DNA of 45,469 nucleotides from assembly GCA_039589315.1 (NCBI GenBank), contig JBDHHQ010000033.1, positions 1-45,469 on the forward strand. Reading direction: 5' to 3'. A program made the translations under genes and the position numbers. The notes under the pieces were generated by a model. That model was not told the DNA's origin, made no database searches, and saw only the letters and a program-made list of their open reading frames with translations. The first letter of the stretch is position 1. Each line of letters begins with the position of its first letter. Source of the DNA: Gemmatimonadota bacterium (GTDB lineage: Bacteria > Gemmatimonadota > Gemmatimonadetes > Longimicrobiales > Gaopeijiaceae). This document shows, one piece after another, positions 28,219 through 35,662 of the stretch.

Positions 28219-30258
28219 CTAGCGCAGGCCCAGGGAGCCCAGTCTGGTGTGCACCGTCAGGCTCCCGGTCAGGCCGTGCAGCTGAAAGCCCGGCCACAAG
28301 GAAAGCCTGGCATCGAACTCGCCAGGCACGCCGGGCGTCTCGACGATTCCGACACGGGCTTGCCTTAGCGGGCGCATCGCTTGCAGCTCGACGCCGGCAT
28401 CTTCGCTGTCGTGCGTGTAATCGGCGATCCACTGGTTGAGGAACCGCTCGACCTCGTCAGCGGAGCCGAACCGGCCGGTGTTGTCGCGCACGATCACCTT
28501 TAGGTAGTGCGCGAAGCGCGAGGCAGCGAAGACGAAGGGTAAGCGGGAAGAAAGACGGGCGTTCACGGTGGCCTCGTCCCCCTCGAAGACTTTGGGCTTG
28601 TGGGCGGTGTGTGAGCTGAAGAACGCGGCCCTGGGGGTGCCTTTACAGTGGAGGATCGGCAGGAATCCGAGATCGGCGAGTTGTGCCTCGCGCAAGCCGC
28701 TCATTGGCCACTCTACGGGACACTGTGGGCGCTCGATCCCGTGGCGGGTCCGGACATTGTCGACCGGCAAGCCCTCGACCAGGCCGCCGCTCTCCACACC
28801 CCAGATGTTCGCGCACCAGCCGTACTGCCCGAAGGCCCGGCTGACCTGTGCGCCCAGCGCCCAGGCCGCGTTCCCCCAGAGATGATTGTCGGGACCCGAC
28901 GCAGGGCGCCCGCCGACCCGCCCTGACCCCTCGCCAGGGTCCGTGCCGGCGTGGGCAGGCTCTTCGAGCACCGTGACCTGCTCCTCATAACGGAATGCGT
29001 CCACGGGGACACCGGCGTCGCCGTAGCGGTTGCGCAGCAGGATCCGTGGCAGGGTGAGTGCCACGTACCTGGAGTCCTCGGAGTTGCGAAACAGACTCCA
29101 AACCGCGTTGTCCGGGGCGGCGAAGATGTTCTCCGGGCGGCGCGGCCTCTCGATCTGCCTGAAGCTCTCGAGGTGGAACGTGTCGGCCGATGTGGCCGTA
29201 AGGAACGGCGCGTGAGCTGCAGCAGCGACGTGCGCGATCTTCTCGAGGAGCCGGGAGTCACGTGGGTTGTGAAGGGTGAACTCGAAGTCGCCCAGCAGCA
29301 TACCGAAGGGCTCAGCGCCGGAGACAGCGTAGACCTCCTCGTGTACCTTCTTGAAGAGCGTGCTGTCCTCGACTTTGATGGCCCGCGTTAGGTCACGCCA
29401 CAGCTCTTTCTTCTTGACGTCGAACAGTCGGATCCGGAGCCCTTGGCTCGTCACCGTCCGGTCCAACAAGTACTTGAGACCGCGCCATGTGGCCTCCAGG
29501 CGCTGCAGACTCGGATGGTGCATGACCTGATCGAGCTGGTGGGACGCGAGCTCGTCGATTGCCGCGATCTGGGCCTCGAGCGTCCAGTGATCGTCCTCGA
29601 CCCGTTCGGCCGTCGTCTCGTGAGCCACCCGGTAGCGCAGCTCCGTCAGGCGCTCGCGAACCGACTTCATCGCCTCGGGATGCGCCATCGCGGCCCGGAC
29701 CAACGCATCCTTCTGGGTCGCGGGGGGCGCGCTGCGCACATCGTCGAGCGCCCGCCGCAGCTCGAGCAGCTCGTGCACGGGCCCGAGCCGTGACGCGATG
29801 CGGTCAGGCAGGAAGTCGTCGAAGCTCTCGAACTGCAGGTCCACTGCGATCCTGGCGGTCGACGAATCGGTGGACAGCGCATTGTCGACCTCGAACGCGA
29901 CGCGCGGCCTCATGTGCCGGAGAACCTCATTGAAGTTGTCGGCATAGATGTCGACGAATCTCCGATCACGCGGCGTGGCTGGCGGTTCCCGCCGCTGACC
30001 GCTGAAGTCCGCGAGCACGCCGACGACGAAGGGCAACTCCCGGTCGGCGGGGTCGTGCGAGGTTTCGGTATCGTAGACGACATGTACCCGCGGCGGCCGG
30101 ACGCGGTGGAATCCTCGGTCCGAGCCGTCGGGCCTACTCACGGAGCACGGTGTCGACCAGGGCACATGTCCGGGAAGGTACGCGACAGCCGGCACGACGT
30201 CGACGATTCCCAGGCCGGTGTCTCGCCGCGCCCGTTGGATGAACCGCCCCGGATTCAT
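28219..30258 (-). CDS. Fused type VI secretion sheath subunits TssB-TssC (alternative GTG start at 30141)
   Basis: TssB motifs RVRPPRVHVVYD, ELPFVVGVLADFSG, FESFDDFLPD in the same frame as TssC motifs QRLEATWRGL, AAAAHAPF, LPRILLR, LWGNAA, SRFAHYLKVIVRD, PLRQARV. Confidence 0.9.
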   Translation of the reverse strand: MNPGRFIQRARRDTGLGIVDVVPAVAYLPGHVPWSTPCSVSRPDGSDRGFHRVRPPRVHVVYDTETSHDPADRELPFVVGVLADFSGQRREPPATPRDRRFVDIYADNFNEVLRHMRPRVAFEVDNALSTDSSTARIAVDLQFESFDDFLPDRIASRLGPVHELLELRRALDDVRSAPPATQKDALVRAAMAHPEAMKSVRERLTELRYRVAHETTAERVEDDHWTLEAQIAAIDELASHQLDQVMHHPSLQRLEATWRGLKYLLDRTVTSQGLRIRLFDVKKKELWRDLTRAIKVEDSTLFKKVHEEVYAVSGAEPFGMLLGDFEFTLHNPRDSRLLEKIAHVAAAAHAPFLTATSADTFHLESFRQIERPRRPENIFAAPDNAVWSLFRNSEDSRYVALTLPRILLRNRYGDAGVPVDAFRYEEQVTVLEEPAHAGTDPGEGSGRVGGRPASGPDNHLWGNAAWALGAQVSRAFGQYGWCANIWGVESGGLVEGLPVDNVRTRHGIERPQCPVEWPMSGLREAQLADLGFLPILHCKGTPRAAFFSSHTAHKPKVFEGDEATVNARLSSRLPFVFAASRFAHYLKVIVRDNTGRFGSADEVERFLNQWIADYTHDSEDAGVELQAMRPLRQARVGIVETPGVPGEFDARLSLWPGFQLHGLTGSLTVHTRLGSLGLR

Positions 30259-30364
30259 CGGAGATGTTTGGACTTGAGTGTCAGCCGAGGAGCACCCATT
30301 ATGCGAGCCCGATTCGTGTCTTTCGCTGCGGTGCTGACGCTGGCCGTCCTTCCCGGGGGCGGCG

Positions 30365-30545
30365 GCCGTCCTCGAGGGCCGCTACCGCCTCGAGCACGAG
30401 CTCGCTGAGGGCAGAATGGGACGGTCTGTCTAGGTCAATGACCTGGAGCTTGAGCGCACGCTCGCGCTCGAGGTGCTGAAACCAGAATTGGCTGCTGTCT
30501 TGGGGCGAGTCGCTTCCTTGTCCAGATCAAGACGACAGCAGACAA
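30365..30545 (+). pseudogene. Decayed Ser/Thr protein kinase N-terminus
   Basis: LEGRYRLEHELAEGRMG..V*..DLELERTLALEVLKPELAAVLG / ASRFLVQIKTTA, with an internal stop and a frameshift. Confidence 0.65.
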
Positions 30546-30599
30546 GTTTCCATGAAGCCGACGTGCCCGCGCACGTGGCCCGAACACAAGGAGGAGAAC

Positions 30600-31202
30600 A
30601 TGGGGTACAAACTCGTCGGGACCATGCTTGAGGCGTGCTCCTGCAACGCCATCTGCCCCTGCTGGGTTGGACAGGATCCGGACGGCGGCACGTGCGAGGG
30701 CACAATCGCCTGGCACTTCGACAGCGGCCAGATCGACGGCGTCGATGTGTCGGGTCTTACGTTCGCCATCCTCGTTCATCTTCCCGGGAATGCACTCGCC
30801 GGTAATTGGCGCGCCGCTGCATACGTCGACGACAGAGCGACAGCGGAACAGGAAGAGGCGATCCTGGGCGTCTACACCGGCAAGAAGGGCGGTCCGGTGG
30901 CCGATCTGGCGGGGCTCATCGGCGAGGTAGTCAGCGTCGAGCGGGTACCCATCACCTTTGGCGTCGTCGAAGGTCGAGGGCAACTCACTGTGGGGACTGC
31001 CGTCGATGCTGAAATGGAGCCCCTCCAAGGCGCCACAGGCCAGAGCACGACGCTTTGCGACGCGGTGTTCTCCGTCATTCCTGGCGCTCCAGCCTACGTT
31101 GGCACGGCACCGAAGATGAAGGCGTCGAGCCAAGCTCTTGGCCTCGAGCTCGATCTTCAAGGTCAAAGCGCCCTCCAGGGGCAGTTCGATTTCGAAGTCT
31201 GA
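30600..31202 (+). CDS. DUF1326 family protein
   Basis: EACSCNAICPCWVG...GTCEG...GQIDGVDVSGL; GGAGGAG RBS. Confidence 0.88.
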   Translation: MGYKLVGTMLEACSCNAICPCWVGQDPDGGTCEGTIAWHFDSGQIDGVDVSGLTFAILVHLPGNALAGNWRAAAYVDDRATAEQEEAILGVYTGKKGGPVADLAGLIGEVVSVERVPITFGVVEGRGQLTVGTAVDAEMEPLQGATGQSTTLCDAVFSVIPGAPAYVGTAPKMKASSQALGLELDLQGQSALQGQFDFEV

Positions 31203-31299
31203 GTCGGGGGCGACATCGCACGATTGCTCGAGCCAGTGAGGTCGCGAAGCTCGCTACCTCGGGCAGCGCTCTGGCTAAGATGAGCAGGGAACATGTCGC

Positions 31300-32079
31300 G
31301 TGAAGACGATCACGCATCGCAGCTACTTTCTCCCGGTCATCACGTCCCTGATCCTCTTGGCATGGGTGACCTTGTGGATCTGGGAGCAGTCTCCACACGG
31401 CAGGTACTTGAGCCACGCCGGGTCAGCCACTATGCACGTCGGTGCGGGCGGTGCGGCCCTGGAAGCCGCTGCTTATGTGGGCGGCTGGACGCTCATGACC
31501 GTCGCCATGATGCTGCCAACCACGCTGCCCCTCTTGGAGATGTTTCGCCGACTGACCTCCCGGCGGGTCGACCACAACCGGCTCGTCGCCCTGGTAATCC
31601 TCGGCTACCTCGGCGTGTGGCTGGCCTTCGGAGTGGCAGCGCACGTTCTCGACCGGTTTCTGCACGAAGTCTTTCTCAGCGGCGCCGGGCTTCAGGCCAA
31701 TGCCTGGCTCATCGGCGCTGGGCTCTTGATCCTGGCAGGCAGCTTTCAGTTCACTCGTCTGAAGTACCGTTGTCTGGACAAGTGTCGGGCGCCGCTCAGC
31801 TTCATCACGCAGTACTGGCTGCGACAGGGCCGTGCGGCTAAGGCCCTGGTGCTGGGTGTCCGACATGGTGCCTTCTGTGTCGGTTGTTGCTGGGCTCTGA
31901 TGCTCCTGATGTTCGCGGTCGGCACCGGAAGCATCGGGTGGATGCTGGTACTGGGCGTGGTGATGGCGGTTGAGAAGAACATGCCATGGGGTCGCAGGCT
32001 GAGCCCGGTCCTGGGCATCGGGCTGCTCGTCTGGGGCGGATCAATCGTCCTATACCAGGGCTGGCTCTTGAATCCCTGA
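31300..32079 (+). CDS. DUF2182 predicted metal-binding membrane protein
   Basis: WTLMTVAMMLP, FQFTRLKYRCLDKCRAP, CVGCCWALM; usual partner of DUF1326. Confidence 0.88.
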   Translation: MKTITHRSYFLPVITSLILLAWVTLWIWEQSPHGRYLSHAGSATMHVGAGGAALEAAAYVGGWTLMTVAMMLPTTLPLLEMFRRLTSRRVDHNRLVALVILGYLGVWLAFGVAAHVLDRFLHEVFLSGAGLQANAWLIGAGLLILAGSFQFTRLKYRCLDKCRAPLSFITQYWLRQGRAAKALVLGVRHGAFCVGCCWALMLLMFAVGTGSIGWMLVLGVVMAVEKNMPWGRRLSPVLGIGLLVWGGSIVLYQGWLLNP

Positions 32080-32329
32080 CGTTCGTATTCGTGATCGAGC
32101 GCTTATGAGAAGCAGCCCTGTCCACGACGAGACTCGCTCGCGCCTAAGTGCGATGCGATGGCCCGAGGGGACAGACGAGAGCAGAATCGACGTGCCCACG
32201 AGTCCGGGTCTGAAATTGCGAGCCCGGGGGCCGAAGCAGACCAGTAGCACATGCTGCGTCGCCGCTTCGCGACCGCGAGGAAGCGCGCTTCGATCCGAGA
32301 TGTGGCCCATGCCGGGGGTGGAGGGGGAA

Positions 32330-32350
32330 ACGGCGACCCGAGATCGCCGT
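32330..32350 (-). terminator. Hairpin just downstream of tRNA fragment copy 2
   Basis: ACGGCGA-N7-TCGCCGT followed by a short T-run on the minus strand. Confidence 0.4.
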
Positions 32351-32377
32351 AGCTCATTGTCTTCTTTTCTCTTACCT

Positions 32378-32422
32378 CAGTGCCCCGCCAGGGACTCGAA
32401 CCCCGAACCTACTGATTAAGAG
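32378..32422 (-). repeat. att-like site: 3' half of tRNA-Lys(CTT), copy 2
   Basis: Minus strand reads CTCTTAATCAGTAGGTTCGGGGTTCGAGTCCCTGGCGGGGCAC; it begins at the anticodon loop. Confidence 0.88.
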
Positions 32423-32548
32423 GCGGATACGATGCGAAGTTGTGGAGTCGGTTTTCGCACGTACGCCGAAGTTTCAAGCCGATCCTTCGCATATGTGCGA
32501 AATCCCGCAACGGAAGTTCGCATATCCTACTGACCAGAAACTGACACA
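32423..32548. repeat. att-arm-like repeat, copy A
   Basis: Directly adjacent to the tRNA core; TTCGCATATGTGCGAA near-palindrome; terminal ACTGACCAGAAACTGACAC. Confidence 0.85.
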
Positions 32549-32668
32549 TCCCCTCCGGCGGTACCGCCGACCTGTCTAGCCGTGGCTCCTCCTTGCGGAA
32601 GGACGTCGCCCACCTTGTACGCGAGCCCGGCCCGAGGATGACGATGGGTCCGAGGGGAGTGTGCGACC

Positions 32669-35575
32669 TCAGTCCTCGTTCACCGCGGGAAGCTGCGGCA
32701 CGCTCAATTCGAAGCCCGGATACACCTGGCCCGTCTCCGGACTGGGGTCGACAAAGCTCAAGTTCTGCCGATACATGAGCTCCGTCGACGGACGCGGGTA
32801 GATCCGGTCCACCTCGTCGGCGGACATGTGCTCGGTGGCCACCTGGGACCGGGGATGGTAGTTGGCCTCCTCGACCGCGTCGGTGCACTCCATCACGGCC
32901 ATCATGCCGTTGTCTTCGTGGAGCAGCAGGTGGCAGTGGTTCACCCACAGTCCCGTGAAGTCCAGGAATCGGGTGCGGTAGACCACACGGCCGCCGTTCC
33001 TGGGAATGGGTACCGTGTCCATCCACCGAGGCTCGGGCAGGATGTTGTGCAGCGTCCCGTTTTCGTCCGGCACGTCGATGCGCAGCACCCACATGGGGTT
33101 GATGTGGATGTGGAACGGGTGGTCGACCCCCTTGGTGGTGATCCGGAACCCGTGGTCTTCCCGGAACATGGGCTGGCCCTCGGCCCGGGACAGTGGGAAC
33201 GCTTTCCAGTGGAGACCCCACTGCCCCGGCTGGGGCAGCTTGTCGGTGTCGGTCTGGCTCCAGAGTGCCAATGAACAGTTGTAGAGCGCCCACTCCTCGG
33301 CCGTGTTCACCAGCGTCCGCACCCGTTCCGGGTCGTCCATCATGAACTTCCGGGGAAGCGGCGGCTCGGGGTTGGCGGCCAGGTCGAAGTCCGGATTGAT
33401 GGCCATGGTGCGCGTGTAGTTGGGCAGCAGCACCAGGGTGTCGTCATGCCGGCCCCACACGATGCTCTCCAGCTCCGGATGGGCGTCGGCAAAGGCCTGG
33501 GGCACCTCCAGCAGCGGCCAGTCGGCGCCTCCGGTGCCCGAGTAGCTCACGACCCGGGTCCGGCGGCTGCCCGCGGGTACGTTGCGCCGCCGCGCCTCCT
33601 CCGCGCCCACCTGGAGCTCGTCCTCCCGTACCGGCATCAGGAACGCTGGAACGTCGGGCAGGACGGCGCCGACCGACGCGACATCGAAGTCGCCGCCCTC
33701 GACCGGCTCGCCTCGCACGCGCACGTACGCGACGACCACGTCAAGGATGGTCCGGGGAATGAATGGCCGACCCCGGAGCAACGTGGTCTGGAGCTGGGAC
33801 TGGGTCTTGTCGCTGCTCAGGTGGTCTTCCCGGGCGATGACGGTGAACACACGACCGTCGGCGTCCAGGGGAGCCTTGAAGAACAGGTCGGCCCGGTTGG
33901 CGGGGCCCATGTACACCTCGTTGGGCCGATTGTACGCCCTGCGCAGCGAGTCCCCGTCCCGGTAGCAGTCCTCGATGTTCCGGAGCATGGTGCGGGCCCG
34001 GTCCTCGTCGCCCCGCGCCGGCTGGGCCATGGGGTTCGGCGTCCCCTTGCCCACCTCCGACAGGTCCCTGACCACGTGTCGGACCTGGCCGTTCTCCTCA
34101 GCGACCAGAGTGATGCCGTCGAAGGCCAGCAGGTGCAGCGGCAGCTTGGCGTCCTCGACCTCCTGCTCGGTCACCGCCTCGAGCCTCCTGCGGATCTCGG
34201 GCTCCCGGCCCTCCTCGTCGGACTCGGGCGGGACCTCTTCTTCCACCACGCGCCACAGGCGGTTGCGCTCGCTCACGAACTGGCCCTCCAGGACCATCAA
34301 CCGCTTGAATCCGCTTCCGTCCACACTGCCGTTCAACGCGCGCCACCGCTCCACCGCTCCGGGACGCATGAGGATCACGCTGGGATCCCGCGTCCCGTTG
34401 ACCGCCGTCAGGGGCGGGAAGCGCAGGTCATTGCGCCGCGGCCCCGCGTCCAGGTCCAGAGAGTTGACGAACACCCGCTGGACGAGCATGACCCGCTCCC
34501 GGTAGTCGTACGGACCCGTGCGCTCCGTGGGGTCGGGGCGTTGGGTCCCCGTCATGTGGAGATTGACCGCGTCGTCCACGTCGCCTTCCACGATGAAGAA
34601 GCCGGCCATTCCGCTGGCCACCTGATCGTGGGTCGAGCCGTGGGAGTGGGGATGGTACCAGTGGGTGCCCGGCGGGTGAGGCTGGGCCGGTGCCCCGTCG
34701 GGGGCTCCGTGGCGGGCCTCACCCAGCAGGAAGCGGTAGTCTGCAGCGCTCACCCGCTCGTATTCCCGGAGCCGCATCAGGTCCGCGTCCCCCGAGTCCT
34801 GTCGGGCCTGCCAGTCGGCCCGAGGAATCACGCGCAGCAGCACGTGGTCGGAGAGGGACCCGTCGGGGTTGTGGTTGGGCGGGACGTGGAGCCCGTGGGT
34901 GTGGATGTTGGTGACGTGTGCGGTGCGCTGGCCGTTGGTGTGGCTCAGGTTGGCGTAGCCGGGGACCCGGCGCACCGGAAGATGCTGGAAGGTCTCCTCG
35001 GGTCGAAAGAAGCCGATGAAGCCTGGACATCGGGCGGTCTCGGGGTCTTCCACCTCGGTGCCGTCGGCCGCCCAGACGAGCTTACACACCTCGCGCCGGT
35101 CATGGGGCAGGATGTCCACCAGATCGGGACACGGGCCTACCGGGGTCATCTGCCGGTCCAACCCCATGTGGTTGCGCAAACGCACCGCCACGGCCTCGTC
35201 GCCTCGGGCCCGGATCGTGGGAGCCGGACTCATTCCGCCGTAGCTGTACAACGTGGGGATCTCCACTCCTGGCGACGTGGACGGCCCCGGATTCTGGTTC
35301 CGGATCACGTTGAGCTCGAGGTGGTCGCCCGGCCAATCGCCGGGTCGCCAGATCCAGGGCTCCTGCCACGTCTCGACGGGCACCTGCTTGGGGTCCATGA
35401 CGTCGTCGGCCGACGGCGCCTGCGACGCCTGTTGCGGGGGCCCGCCATGAGTCGGAGGACGAGCGTCGAGCGGGGCGGCGCCGGCCATGGACACGGCGAC
35501 GCCAGTGGCGCCGAGCTTCAGAAAGTCCCTGCGATGGAGCGTGGAGGGATCGCGCTGCGACGGGTCGTGAGCCAT
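32669..35575 (-). CDS. Large Tat-exported multicopper oxidase
   Basis: HRRDFLK Tat signal; HTHG, WYHPHSHG, HPFHIH, HCHLLLHEDNGMM. Confidence 0.92.
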   Translation of the reverse strand: MAHDPSQRDPSTLHRRDFLKLGATGVAVSMAGAAPLDARPPTHGGPPQQASQAPSADDVMDPKQVPVETWQEPWIWRPGDWPGDHLELNVIRNQNPGPSTSPGVEIPTLYSYGGMSPAPTIRARGDEAVAVRLRNHMGLDRQMTPVGPCPDLVDILPHDRREVCKLVWAADGTEVEDPETARCPGFIGFFRPEETFQHLPVRRVPGYANLSHTNGQRTAHVTNIHTHGLHVPPNHNPDGSLSDHVLLRVIPRADWQARQDSGDADLMRLREYERVSAADYRFLLGEARHGAPDGAPAQPHPPGTHWYHPHSHGSTHDQVASGMAGFFIVEGDVDDAVNLHMTGTQRPDPTERTGPYDYRERVMLVQRVFVNSLDLDAGPRRNDLRFPPLTAVNGTRDPSVILMRPGAVERWRALNGSVDGSGFKRLMVLEGQFVSERNRLWRVVEEEVPPESDEEGREPEIRRRLEAVTEQEVEDAKLPLHLLAFDGITLVAEENGQVRHVVRDLSEVGKGTPNPMAQPARGDEDRARTMLRNIEDCYRDGDSLRRAYNRPNEVYMGPANRADLFFKAPLDADGRVFTVIAREDHLSSDKTQSQLQTTLLRGRPFIPRTILDVVVAYVRVRGEPVEGGDFDVASVGAVLPDVPAFLMPVREDELQVGAEEARRRNVPAGSRRTRVVSYSGTGGADWPLLEVPQAFADAHPELESIVWGRHDDTLVLLPNYTRTMAINPDFDLAANPEPPLPRKFMMDDPERVRTLVNTAEEWALYNCSLALWSQTDTDKLPQPGQWGLHWKAFPLSRAEGQPMFREDHGFRITTKGVDHPFHIHINPMWVLRIDVPDENGTLHNILPEPRWMDTVPIPRNGGRVVYRTRFLDFTGLWVNHCHLLLHEDNGMMAVMECTDAVEEANYHPRSQVATEHMSADEVDRIYPRPSTELMYRQNLSFVDPSPETGQVYPGFELSVPQLPAVNED

Positions 35576-35662
35576 AATCGGGTCCGTTGGGCAGGATTGG
35601 GGGGAGCAGGACCGTCTGGGATGCCTTTCAAGCTTCGAACGAAGCGACGCACCTAATCAGCC

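Larger units (their letters stand above)
86..32422. mobile_element. Genomic island (~32.3 kb) bounded by tRNA-Lys 3'-end direct repeats; no integrase visible
   Basis: Flanking 45-bp direct repeat, IS remnants and mosaic cargo. Confidence 0.7.

Noticed and set aside
28219..30258. Functional type VI secretion cluster
   Set aside because: Only the sheath fusion is present; no tube, spike, baseplate or membrane-complex genes in the window.
30565..32253. Minus-strand peptide echo HVLLxxFGPRAR on both sides of DUF1326/DUF2182
   Set aside because: Only 12 codons, no extension, and one copy overlaps the DUF1326 RBS; compatible with chance in GC-rich six-frame space.
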